64,000 bases of DNA, taken from Macrostomum hystrix. Taxonomy: Eukaryota > Animalia > Platyhelminthes. The stretch covers positions 23,064,001-23,128,000 of the forward strand of contig CATNEN010000038.1 of assembly GCA_950097015.1 (NCBI GenBank), written 5' to 3'. Below, in pieces: positions 26,450 through 38,774 of the stretch; positions within the stretch are counted from its first letter, which is position 1, and each line of letters begins with the position of its first letter. The notes beneath the pieces are model-generated. The model worked only from the letters and a program-made list of their open reading frames with translations. It was not told where the DNA came from and did not search any database. A program made the translations under genes and the position numbers.

Positions 26450-29400
26450 CTCTGTCTGTCTGTCTGTCTGTCTGCCAGCAAGTCAAGTCCAGCTGTCAGA
26501 TTTCTCATTGCTAGGTTAAAGCACGCGAGACTCGTGAGCGACTATTTGAGGAGCGCGTGGAGCGAGTCCGCGACCTCACCAAGCGCATCGACGAAGTGAA
26601 GCGCGAGAGGCACCGGCTGCTAGAGGAGCGACGCTGCCTGCTGGAGCTGCGAATGAGTCGCGCAGAAGCTAAACGACAGGCGGCACTCGAGGAAAAGGTT
26701 ATTTAAAGGCTTTCTTGACACACATTCTGTTATTCTCTGACACATTCTGTTATTCTCTGACACATTCTGTTATTCTCTAACACCTTTCACTCTCCAACGC
26801 AAAAAAACTTGCAGATCCGCAAGGCTCACGACGAGGAGACGAAAGGTCGCGAGATCCAATTTATCCAGAGCCTTGGGGCTGAGCAGCGCCAGGCGGACAT
26901 TGCTGCTAAGCACGCTGAGAGCGAGCAGCGTCTAGCCGAACAGGAAAAGCTCCGGCGTCGACGCAGCGAAATCAACGCCGAGCGCGAAGCGGCAGCCGAA
27001 ATTCGACGTCGAAATATTGAAGAGATTCGATTGGCTAGACTAGCTAGTCAACAGGTGCGAATTCTGTTTTTGGGATTCTTAGAAAAGGGATATTATAATT
27101 TTTTTAATTTGGAATTTAGGATCTTAGGATTCTTAGAATCTGGATCTTAATATTTTTATAAATAGCATCTAAGGACTCTTGCGATTATTAGAACTAGGAT
27201 CTTTAGACTATTATAATTAGAATCCTTAGATTGTTATAATTAGGATCTTTAGATTATTATAATTAGGATCTTATGACTATTAGAATTAAGATCTTAGGGA
27301 TTAGGAATTAGGATACTCAACGCTATAGCTATCGCTGCTTGTTCAATTGCTAATTCTTGTCGTGATTTTTTTAATACAGGAACGCCGAGCTTGTAAAGAG
27401 CGAGAAATTGCTGAGAAGCGCGAAGCTGCAGCGGCTGAGCGAGCTCGGAGTCGCACCGAGCGGGAGGAGAAGCGACAGCAGTTGCACAGCCAGCTGGAAG
27501 AGGAGCATATGCGCAGCATCACCCAGCTCAAAGATCGGATCGAGCGAAGGCAAGCTGATACTCAACGGAGGCATGCCGAGCAACTCAAAGGTTGTGTATG
27601 CTGGATCTGTAGCTTCTGAGGTTTTGGGATCTGTAGCTTCTGTGGTTTGGGGATCTGTAGCTTCTGAGGTTTAGGGATCTGTAGCTTCTGTGGTTTGGGG
27701 ATCTGTAGCTTCTGTGGTTTGGGGATCTGTAGCTTCTTGGGTTTAGGGATCTGTAGCTTCTGGGGTTTAGGGATCTGTAGCTTCTGTGGTTTGGGGATCT
27801 GTAGCTTCTGTGGTTTGGGGATCTGTAGCTTCTTGGGTTTAGGGATCTGTAGCTTCTGGGGTTTAGGGATCTGTAGCTTCTGTGGTTTGGGGATCTGTAG
27901 CTTCTGTGGTTTGGGGATCTGTAGCTTCTGGGGTTTAGGGATCTGTAGCTTCTGTGGTTTAGGGATCTGTAGCTTCTGGGGTTTAGGGATCTGTAGCTTC
28001 TGTGGTTTGGGGATCTGTAGCTTCTGTGGTTTGGGGATCTGTAGCTTCTTGGGTTTAGGGATCTGTAGCTTCTGGGGTTTAGGGATCTGTAGCTTCTGTG
28101 GTTTGGGGATCTGTAGCTTTTGGGGTTTAGGGATCTGTAGCTTCTGTGGTTTGGGTATCTGTAGCTTCTGTGGTTTGGGGATCTGTAGCTTCTTGGGTTT
28201 AGGGATCTGTAGCTTCTGGGGTTTAGGGATCTGTAGCTTCTGTGGTTTGGGGATCTGTAGCTTCTGTGGTTTGGGGATCTGTAGCTTCTTGGGTTTAGGG
28301 ATCTGTAGCTTCTGGGGTTTAGGGATCTGTAGCTTCTGTGGTTTGGGGATCTGTAGCTTCTGTGGTTTGGGGATCTGTAGCTTCTGGGGTTTAGGGATCT
28401 GTAGCTTCTGTGGTTTAGGGATCTGTAGCTTCTGGGGTTTAGGGATCTGTAGCTTCTGTGGTTTGGGGATCTGTAGCTTCTGTGGTTTGGGGATCTGTAG
28501 CTTCTTGGGTTTAGGGATCTGTAGCTTCTGGGGTTTAGGGATCTGTAGCTTCTGTGGTTTGGGGATCTGTAGCTTTTGGGGTTTAGGGATCTGTAGCTTC
28601 TGTGGTTTGGGTATCTGTAGCTTCTGCGGTTTGGGGATCTGTAGCTTCTGGGGTTTGGGGATCTGTAGCTTCTGGGGTTTAGGGATCTGTAACTTCTGTG
28701 GTTTGGGGATCTGTAGCTTCTGGGGTTTAGGGATCTGTAGCTTCTGTGGTTTGGGGATCTGTAGCTTCTGTGGTTTAGGATCTGTAGCTTCTTGGGTTTA
28801 GGGATCTGTAGCTTCTGAGTGGTTTAGGATCTGTAGCTTCTGAGTGGTTTAGGATCTGTAGCTTCTGAGTGGTTTAGGATCTGTAGCTTCTGAGTGGTTT
28901 GGGATCTGTAGCTTCTGAGTGGTTTGGGATCTGTAGCTTCTGAGTGGTTTGGGATCTGTAGCTTCTGAGTGGTTTGGGATCTGTAGCTTCTGAGTGGTTT
29001 AGGATCTGTAGCTTCTGAGTGGTTTAGGATCTGTAGCTTCTGAGTGGTTTGGGATCTGTAGCTTCTGAGTGGTTTAGGATCTGTAGCTTCTGAGTGGTTT
29101 GGGATCTGTAGCTTCTGAGTGGTTTAGGATCTGTAGCTTCTGAGTGGTTTAGGATCTGTAGCTTCTGAGTGGTTTGGGATCTGTAGCTTCTGAGTGGTTT
29201 GGGATCTGTAGCTTCTGAGTGGTTTGGGATCTGTAGCTTCTGAGTGGTTTGGGATCTGTAGCTTCTGAGTGGTTTGGGATCTGTAACTTCTGTGGTTTGG
29301 GGATCTGTAGCTTCTGGGGTTTAGGGATCTGTAGCTTCTGTGGTTTGGGGATCTGTAGCTTCTGTGGTTTAGGATCTGTAGCTTCTTGGGTTTAGGGATC

Positions 29401-32400
29401 TGTAGCTTCTGAGTGGTTTAGGATCTGTAGCTTCTGAGTGGTTTAGGATCTGTAGCTTCTGAGTGGTTTGGGATCTGTAGCTTCTGAGTGGTTTAGGATC
29501 TGTAGCTTCTGAGTGGTTTGGGATCTGTAGCTTCTGAGTGGTTTAGGATCTGTAGCTTCTGAGTGGTTTAGGATCTGTAGCTTCTGAGTGGTTTAGGATC
29601 TGTAGCTTCTGAGTGGTTTAGGATCTGTAGCTTCTGAGTGGTTTGGGATCTGTAGCTTCTGAGTGGTTTAGGATCTGTAGCTTCTGAGTGGTTTGGGATC
29701 TGTAGCTTCTGAGTGGTTTAGGATCTGTAGCTTCTGAGTGGTTTAGGATCTGTAGCTTCTGAGTGGTTTAGGATCTGTAGCTTCTGAGTGGTTTGGGATC
29801 TGTAGCTTCTGAGTGGTTTGGGATCTGTAGCTTCTGAGTGGTTTGGGATCTGTAGCTTCTGAGTGGTTTGGGATCTGTAGCTTCTGAGTGGTTTAGGATC
29901 TGTAGCTTCTGAGTGGTTTGGGATCTGTAGCTTCTGAGTGGTTTGGGATCTGTAGCTTCTGAGTGGTTTGGGATCTGTAGCTTCTGAGTGGTTTGGGATC
30001 TGTAGCTTCTGAGTGGTTTGGGATCTGTAGCTTCTGAGTGGTTTGGGATCTGTAGCTTCTGAGTGGTTTGGGATCTGTAGCTTTTGTGTTTGTCTATTCT
30101 GTTACAGGCATCTCAAGACGAGCCTTCGATCTGAGCATACTGCGGCATTCGTCCGCTCGCGACGAGTCGCCCTCAGCGCCGCCAGCGAGGCCTTATCCGC
30201 GTGCTCAGTACTGCTCAGCCTGCCGAGTACTAATACGATCAGAGGTCGAGCTCAAAGCCCACCTGCGCTCCAGGTCACACCTATCGGGCCTTCGCGAAGC
30301 CGAAGCCGACACAGACGCCGACGCTTACAATCTGGCGCACATTGTCGACGCCCCGGCGCCCGAATCTGGCGCCGGGGTTGGCACCAACGCCAGCTATGCT
30401 AAAGCGTTGCGGAAGCGAGCTAGAAAGCTGAGGCAGAAATTTTCAAATAAGGCGCGCGAATTTCAACAGCAACTGCAGGCGTTCGATAGCGGCTCTCCTA
30501 GCACCACAGCCGTGCCTAAATGGCTGCGCGAGATTAAACGACTGCTGACTCTGTCCAATGTGTCTTCGTCTGGTACGAATGGTAACTGCTCAGCCGCTGC
30601 AGCAGCTAGCTGGGTTCCTACCCGGTCTACGGCGCTAGATCGTGCGCTTAACGAAGGTCTGAGGTTCGCGTCGCAGCAATTTTATCAAGAACAGCAACAG
30701 CAACAGCAGGAGGAGCAGGTCATGCCCTGGTCGGAGGTTGAGGGTACGGCTACTCTAGCTCAACTACTTGAACAGCGACTGCCGGATCGTAGCTTGGCAC
30801 TGTGCCAACAACTGCTGTGCATTCAAATAGCCAGGTGAGTGGAAAGCTAGCTTTTTAAGCCTATGGACTAGCTTTTTTTGGCTGGTTTGAAAGCGTGTGA
30901 TTTTAGAATTGGCATCTTGGGATTCTTAGAATTCGGGTCTTAAGATGCTTAGAATTGGAGGTCTTGGGATTCTTAGAATTGGTATCTTGTGATTCTTAGA
31001 ATTGGCGTCTTGGGATTCTTAGAATTGGTATCTTGGGATTCTTAGAATTGGTATCTTGTGATTCTTAGAATTGGGGTCTTGAGATTCTTAGAGTTTGAGT
31101 CTTGCGATTCTTGGAATTTAGGATCTTGGGATTCTTAGAATTGGTATCTTGTGATTCTTAGAATTGGGGTCTTGAGATTCTTAGAATTGGGGTCTTGGGA
31201 TTCTTAGAATTGGGGTCTTGAGATTCTTAGAATTGTGGTTTTGGGATTCTTAGAATTGGGGTCTTGGGATTCTTAGAATTCGGGTCTTAAGATGCTTAGA
31301 ATTGGAGGTCTTGGGATTCTTAGAATTGGTATCTTGTGATTCTTAGAATTGGCGTCTTGGGATTCTTAGAATTGGCGTCTTGGGATTCTTAGAATTGGTA
31401 TCTTGGGATTCTTAGAATTGGGGTCTTGGGATTCTTAGAATTGGTATCTTGTGATTCTTAGAATTGGTATCTTGTGATTCTTAGAATTGGTATCTTGGGA
31501 TTCTTAGAATTGGCGTCTTGGGATTCTTTGAATTGGTATCTTGTGATTCTTTGAATTGGTATCTTGGGATTCTTAGAATTGGTATCTTGTGATTCTTAGA
31601 ATTGGGGTCTTGAGATTCTTAGAATTGGGGTCTTGGGATTCTTAGAATTGGCGTCTTGGGATTCTTAGAATTCGGGTCTTAAGATGCTTAGAATTGGAGG
31701 TCTTGGGATTCTTAGAATTGGTATCTTGTGATTCTTAGAATTGGCGTCTTGGGATTCTTAGAATTGGTATCTTGGGATTCTTAGAATTGGTATCTTGTGA
31801 TTCTTAGAATTGGGGTCTTGAGATTCTTAGAGTTTGAGTCTTGCGATTCTTGGAATTTAGGATCTTGGGATTCTTAGAATTGGTATCTTGTGATTCTTAG
31901 AATTGGGGTCTTGAGATTCTTAGAATTGGGGTCTTGGGATTCTTAGAATTGGGGTCTTGAGATTCTTAGAATTGTGGTTTTGGGATTCTTAGAATTGGGG
32001 TCTTGGGATTCTTAGAATTCGGGTCTTAAGATGCTTAGAATTGGAGGTCTTGGGATTCTTAGAATTGGTATCTTGTGATTCTTAGAATTGGCGTCTTGGG
32101 ATTCTTAGAATTGGCGTCTTGGGATTCTTAGAATTGGTATCTTGGGATTCTTAGAATTGGGGTCTTGGGATTCTTAGAATTGGTATCTTGTGATTCTTAG
32201 AATTGGTATCTTGTGATTCTTAGAATTGGTATCTTGGGATTCTTAGAATTGGCGTCTTGGGATTCTTTGAATTGGTATCTTGTGATTCTTTGAATTGGTA
32301 TCTTGGGATTCTTAGAATTGGTATCTTGTGATTCTTAGAATTGGGGTCTTGAGATTCTTAGAATTGGGGTCTTGGGATTCTTAGAATTGGCGTCTTGGGA

Positions 32401-35068
32401 TTCTTTGAATTCGGGTCTTAAGATGTTTAGAATTGGAGGTCTTGGGATTCTTAGAATTGGTATCTTGTGATTCTTAGAATTGGCGTCTTGGGATTCTTAG
32501 AATTGGTATCTTGGGATTCTTAGAATTGGTATCTTGGGATTCTTAGAATTGGCGTCTTGGGATTCTTTGAATTGGCGTCTTGGGATTCTTAGAATTGGTA
32601 TCTTGTGATTCTTAGAATTGGGGTCTTGGGATTCTTAGAATTGGGGTCTTGGGATTCTTAGAGTTTGAGTCTTGGGATTCTTGGAATTTAGGATCTTGGG
32701 ATTCTTAGGATTGGGGTCCTGGGATTCTTAGAATTGGGGTCTTGGGATTCTTAGAATTGGGGTCTTGGGATTCTTAGAGTTTGAGTCTTGGGATTCTTGG
32801 AATTTAGGATCTTGGGATTCTTAGGATTGGGGTCCTGGGATTCTTAGAATTGGGGTCTTGGGATTCTTAGAATTTGGGATCTTGGGATTCTTTGAATTGG
32901 GGTCTTGGGATTCTTAAATTGGGGTCTTGGGACTCTTGGAATTTGGGATCTTGGGATTCTTAGTATTTGGGATCCTGGGATTCTTAGAATTGGTTTATTT
33001 CTAGAAATTCGATCTTGGGATTTAGGTATTTAGCTGGTGAAGCAGAAATTTCTATACTGGGGAAATTTATTTATGGTCTGAATGTGGCACAAGTATGTTT
33101 ATTTGTTAAATCGAAGTAAAAATCACGTGAATTCGGCCCCACCAATCTGCACTTACCTCAGAAGTGCCAAGTGCGCCAAATACTTGCTGATGTCAGGCCG
33201 GGCGCCAGCGCTGCTTGACCTTCTTGGCCGCCTGCCAGACAACCTGGTTCCTGTACTCACCCAGCTGTTTCATCAGCTGCCTAGGGCCAGCCTATCGGAG
33301 AAGCCGACCGTTGGCGGCCTTGGCGCCCAAGATCTGCTAGCCTACCTGCTGTGCTCAGGCGCAATGGACTCACTGGCTGGCCTATTGCAAGCCGCTAGCG
33401 GTGCCAAGCCGCATTCGCCGCAGCAGCTGTCTGGCGCTCTGGGCCTGATGCGGGCGCTTCTAGAAGCCGGACTGCACGAGATGGAACTATTGACCCAGCT
33501 GACGCAGGTGAGGAATTCAATTCGGGTTTCTATGGCGTTGCTATGGGCGCTATCTTAGTATCTAGGGTAGCGACTCGTATAATATAACTTGCTTTGAAGT
33601 TTAGATGCGAAACAAACTTAAAGTTATAACGAATAACCATGGTTGCTGAGGCGTTGCTAAGGTGTCATATTGGTTGCTATAAGCGTCAAACTAGGAGTCG
33701 TAAATTATTTTTTGCATTTAACCAAATTCTTTTTTTGTCGGATTCGGTCTGAGGCCGCATTGGTTGCTACGATTTATTTAACATTATATTGTTACTACGG
33801 TTTTAAAATGCAATATTAAATGAAATAACAAGTACTGCATAGTTGCTGTCGTTGCTACGGTATAGTATTGGTCGCCATGGGATCGTATTTGTTTCTATGG
33901 GATAGTAATTTTTGCCATTCGATCGTAGTTGTTGCCATGGGATAGTAATTATTGGCATGATAGTAATTGTTGCTATGGGGTAGAAATTGTTGCTATGGGG
34001 TAGAAATTGTTGCTATGGAATAGTATAGTTTGCTATTGGATAATATTGGTTGCTATGGGATAGTAATTGTTGCTATGGGATAGTATAGTTTGCTATTGGA
34101 TAATATTGGTTGCTATGGGATAGTAATTGTTGCTATGGGATAGAAATTGTTGCTATGGGATAGAAATTGTTGCTATAGAATCGTATAGTTTGCTATTGGA
34201 TAATATTGGTTGCTATGGGATAGTAATTAGTGCCATGGGATAATATTGGTTGCTATGGGATAGTGTTGGTTGCTATGGCGTAGCTTAGCTACAGTGCTGC
34301 TTTAGGAAAATACTCGATTACGTAGTTGCTTGGTAAAGACAGATGTCTTGTATTTCTGCATACCTTTTAAATGTTGTATCCTCACCGCAGGCGCTGATTC
34401 CTCTTCTGTACTCGCTGCTGCTGCAACCGCCAGCCGGCTCTAGTCCTGATTGGTCCTTAGTAGGGCCCGCCATGCGCCTGCTTCGCTCACTATTATTAGC
34501 CGGTGGCAAGAATCTAGTCGTCGACTGTTGTTTATCCGACGATGTACTGAGCCTGGAGCTGCGTCACATTGCCGCGTGCGTCCTGCGCTCGCCTGAGGCC
34601 TGTCCGCAGCCAGACTATCTGCTCCACCCCCTACTGGACTGTTTGGCCATTGTAGCTAGCCTAGGCGGTCCGGACGGCCAGACCTGCGCCCAATCGGGGC
34701 CGTCGCCGACTGTGCTTCAATTATTAGCTAAGCTGCCGTTTCGTTACTTTACAGAGCCCAGCCTACGCACTGTACTATTCCCAGCTGTCCTAGCCTGCAC
34801 TATTAACAATTTGGCTCATTTGAGAATTCTTGCCCAAGATTTGTCGCCTAGAATGGTGATAGCCTTCCTGGATTCTCTGCCGAATTCCACTGCGGATTCT
34901 GCTACTGTTAGTAGTGGCATTGCATCCGAATCGGCCAGAGTGCTAGATCTGGTTGTTCCAAAGGCTATCTTCAATGAGATCAGAGCCTACTATGCGGATT
35001 TTCTGCTGCAGCAGTCTTCTGCTCCTGTCTCCACACCTGCTTCTTCAGTCGCTGTGCCAGTTGTTTAA
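22864..35068 (+). CDS. SCAPER: S phase cyclin A-associated protein in the ER (SCAPER-like)
   Basis: Exons 22864-23301, ~23569-23889 (acceptor uncertain), 24192-24919, 26114-26417, 26515-26697, 26815-27054, 27380-27590, 30108-30834, 33162-33507, 34391-35068; phases consistent. SCAPER_N motif DLRERYWALLLENLKRTIDEIYSNCEADQSEAECREV, ARTPGRSAHIHDKLS, coiled coil RKAHDEETKGREIQFIQSL, C2H2 finger CSACRVLIRSEVELKAHLRSRSH, C-terminal SGPSPTVLQLLAKLPFRYF...LFP. Confidence 0.92.
23897..24185. repeat. 26-28-bp minisatellite (tccaatcccgatcctcctaacccgctg)n filling SCAPER intron 2
   Basis: Direct tandem array. Confidence 0.9.
24960..26098. repeat. 16-bp pyrimidine-rich minisatellite (ctcatctccctcctgt)n in SCAPER intron 3
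   Basis: Direct array; explains the three overlapping low-complexity ORFs. Confidence 0.95.
27602..30082. repeat. 24/25-bp minisatellite (ggatctgtagcttctg[a]gtggttt..)n in SCAPER intron
   Basis: 24-bp units switch to 25-bp units near 28800, with a brief return to 24 bp near 29280-29400. Confidence 0.96.
30900..33020. repeat. 23-bp minisatellite (gattcttagaattggtatcttgg)n with higher-order structure
   Basis: Marker variant ttcgggtcttaagatg recurs at ~30932, 31279, 31671, 32018 and 32410 (alternating ~347/392-bp spacing). Confidence 0.95.
33860..34280. repeat. ~20-bp degenerate minisatellite (ttgctatgggatagtaattg)n
   Basis: Direct imperfect array in the last SCAPER intron. Confidence 0.85.
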
Positions 35069-35354
35069 TCGATTAAATTGATCATCTGCTCATCGATTTG
35101 AAATCATTCAAACTTGTCATTGAATTTCTCTGTCCGTCCTTTTTTGTTAAGAAAATGTTCTCTTGTTAAAATTTCTTAATTACAATCTGACAGTCGACAT
35201 TCTGACAGTAGAAAATCTGCAACTTTCTAATCGTAAACGATTGCTACAAATGCCAGTCAGTAGGTAGTGGCGCAAATTTATGGTAAAAAATAACTTTTTC
35301 AGCGCTTGAAGGAGGCATTTGACCCTAAAATTGTGTTTTATTTATCAGGGTTAG

Positions 35355-35815
35355 TGCAGGCCCTGAAGAATTGGTGGTTACGAGGGTAACTTCAGGCCCT
35401 GAAGAATTGGTGGTTACTAGGGGTACTGCAGGCCCTGGATAATTGGTGTTTACCATGGCAACTTCAGGCCCGAAGCATTGGTTGTTACTAGGTAACTTCA
35501 GGCCCTGAAGAATTGGTGGTTACTAGGGCAACTTCAGGCCCGAAGCATTGGTTGTTACTAGGTAACTTCAGGCCCTGAAGAATTGGTGGTTACTAGGGTA
35601 ACTTCAGGCCCGAAGTATTGGTGGTTACTAGGTAACTTCAGGCCCTGAAGTATTGGTGGTTACTAGGTAACTTCAGGCCCTGAAGAATTGGTGGTTACTA
35701 GGTAACTTCAGGCCCTGAAGAATTGGTGGTTACTAGGTAACTTCAGGCCCTGAAGAATTGGTGGTTACTAGGGGTACTGCAGGCCCTGGATAATTGGTGT
35801 TTACCATGGCAACTG
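35355..35815. repeat. ~35-bp minisatellite with internal palindrome (gtaacttcaggccctgaagaattggtggttactag)n
   Basis: ~13 copies; cttcagg-c-cctgaag inverted repeat within the unit. Confidence 0.9.
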
Positions 35816-36282
35816 CTTTCCCTGAAGTATCTCCAGGTTGGGTAACGTCCGCCACAAAATGAGTATGAGCTGTGCCACTGTAGATGTACTTTTATGTATA
35901 TAATACAAATTTTTACTACTATTTTACTAATATATATTATCCTGAGCTCTGGCTATGAAGCAACTATCCTTATGCCTCGAGCCATATTTTTGCAAGACTT
36001 CGCGATGCACAATTACAAAAGTACACTTTTTTCAAAAGCTTTCATCGCAAAACTGTTGGCGAAAAATAATTACACGATGCTCTGGTTTGCTTAATTTGCA
36101 ATGTGATTTTTCTTAATCAACATAAAAATTATTCCCCTCTGCTTTAGTTACGACAAATATATTCTGTATTTTTCTGCCCTATCAGCTTATCGGACGGTTA
36201 CGAGTATAATGCTTACGTTGTTTAGTAAATGACTTAGTATATATTCGTTTAACACTTTATTTCTGTGTTTGAAAATATTCCT

Positions 36283-36968
36283 TATAGGGATCTGCATCCC
36301 ACGTATAGGATCTGTATCCCACGTATAGGGATCTGCATCCGCGTATAGGGATCTGCATCCCGCGTATAGGATCTGCATCCCGCATATAGGATCTGCATCC
36401 CGCGTATAGGGACCTGCATCCCGCGTATAGGATTTGCATCCCGCGTATAGGGACCTGTATCCCACGCATAGGGATCTGTTTCCAGCGTAAAGGGATCTGT
36501 ATCCTACGTATAGGATCTGTATCCCGTGTATAGGGATCTGCATCCTACGTATAAGGATCTGTATCCCGTGTATAGGGATCTGCATCCTACGTATAAGGAT
36601 CTGTATCCTACGTATAGGATCTGTATCCCGCGTATAGGATCTGTATCCCGCGTATAGGGATCTGTATCCCGCGTATAGGGATCTGTATCCCGCGTATAGG
36701 GATCTGTATCCTGCGTATAGGGATCTGTATCGTGCGTATAAGGATCTGTATCCCGCGTATAGGGATCTGTATCCTGCGTATAGGGATCTGTATCCTGCGT
36801 ATAGGGATCTGTATCGTGCGTATAAGGATCTGTATCCCACGCATAGGGATCTGTATCCCGCGTATATGGATCTGTATCGTGCGTGTAAGGATCTGTATCC
36901 CGCGTATAGGGATCTGTATCCCGTGTATAGGGATCTGTATCGTGCGTATAAGGATCTGTATCCCGTGT
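36283..36968. repeat. 20/21-bp minisatellite (ggatctgtatcccgcgtatag)n
   Basis: Direct tandem array. Confidence 0.92.
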
Positions 36969-37519
36969 ACAGAAGAACAGTGCTCCAGTTCGTGATGTAT
37001 ATCCTAGGCGCGGTCCAGATCCCTTAAAGGAATCTGTATATTTAGGGGATGAACGCTAAGCTATTAAGGGATCACTCTGAAGTTTGCATTCCGAATTGGC
37101 TTCTTGAGCACACACGCACAGTACATGCGGATGAAGCTGCACCAATTTCAGTCATAACTCGTCCTACTTAGCTCGTCTCAGTTTTGTTTTCATATCCCAT
37201 GCAAATTGGTCCTGCCTGATGTAGGCTGAATGCAGTTTTTCTGACTCGCCGCCATCGAATCGATGCAATATGATCAATTGTAGCTCGTATGCTCACTGAG
37301 CGCAAAAGATAGAAGCGGTACAGTAAAGCCTAGATTGGCCCAGTTTCTGCATTTAATAATTCTGACTTTATTCTTCCCATCGCGTTTACTCTGACTACAA
37401 GCTCCTCTTCTCTATTTCTCTATTTCTGTTCTTTTCTGGTACAGTTTTTGTATCAGGGTCAAAGTTCGATTCTGGTTTAAATGTTTTCTGAGGGATTTTT
37501 TCTGTGAAAAGCTGAAGGA

Positions 37520-37910
37520 GTGGAATAGTTGGGTAGAGGAGGTAGAGTGGAAGAGGAAGGGTAGGAGAGGTAGAAAGGAAGAGGTAGGGTAGGAGAGGTA
37601 GAAAGGAAGAGGAAGGGTAGGAGAGGTGGAGTGGAAGAGGATGGGTAGGAGAGGTAGAAAGGAAGAGGAAGGGTAGGAGAGGTAGAAAGGAAGAGGAAGG
37701 GTAGGAGAGGTAGAAAGGAAGAGGAAGGGTAGGAGAGGTAGAGTGGAAGGGATAGGGTAGGAGAGATAGAAAGGAAGAGGAAGGGTAGGAGAGGTAGAAA
37801 GGAAGAGGAAGGGTAGGAGAGGTGGAGTGGAAGAGGATGGGTAGGAGAGGTAGAAAGGAAGAGGAAGGGTAGGAGAGGTAGAAAGGAAGAGGTAGGGTAG
37901 GAGAGTTAGA
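37520..37910. repeat. 28-bp purine-rich minisatellite (ggaagaggaagggtaggagaggtagaaa)n
   Basis: Direct tandem array. Confidence 0.9.
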
Positions 37911-38774
37911 TTGTAATAAGATGGGTAGGAGATGGAAAGTTGAAAATGAGATTGTATTCGACAGTAAAATAGTTTCTGCATGTGTACCGTACCTCTCTGT
38001 TTTTATAGCTTCGCACAGCTAATAGATATAAGAGTGCTCAGTGAGTTTTCGATATAACTTATGCTCGTAATCTCTTGTTTCATATTTTATATTCATGGCC
38101 ATTCCACATGGGTATAAAAGCATCAGCAGCGACTGGAGTGTGTGTGTGGTGTTGGGTGGGAATGCAAATGAGATGTGTCACTTGGGAAAACTTGGCCGTT
38201 GAAATGCGACTAAAACTGCATGAGCAATTGTCCTATAGTCTAGAATCTGATAAAGAATTTATTGGCTATGCAAATTCGCAACGTTGGCCCGAAGTGGAAA
38301 ACGTTGTCTGTTTCGACTGCTTGTTATTAGGACGATCTGATCCCACTGTTTGTCCATGGGAGTTACTGAATACGAGTATTATCTAATATTGTAACCAAGA
38401 ATATACGAGTACTAGAATGTGAATGAGCTATAGTGCTTTACTGTGATTTACGAGTATACTCGAAAATTACGTAATTAAAGGTCGAATGCCTGATCGTGCA
38501 CAGCGTGATTCAAGGTCAAATGCATGCTTATGCAATTTGAGTGATTCAAGGACAATCAAGGTCATTGCGTGCCGATCTAATTTTTGTGACTCATGGTCAA
38601 ATATTTTCTCGAGCACTTTCAAGGTCGAATGCGTGATCGTGTACTGCACGACGCAAGGTCAAATGCGTTCTCTTATACTTTGCGTGATTCAAGGTCAAAT
38701 GTGTGACAATGCTGTGTGAGCGATTCCAGATCAAGTCAGTAAAGTGTGTGCTCATGAGTTTGCTTAAAGTATGC

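Noticed and set aside
24945-28801. Long low-complexity ORFs (524, 417, 346, 368 aa; also those at 10836, 13958-14588, 19712, 36187, 37412, 44668-45978)
   Set aside because: They are stop-free translations of intronic or intergenic minisatellites, often open in several frames. The real exons splice around them.
35355-35815. CRISPR-like array (35-37-bp palindromic repeats; also 8670-9210)
   Set aside because: Units are head-to-tail with no unique spacers, there are no cas genes, and the context is eukaryotic.
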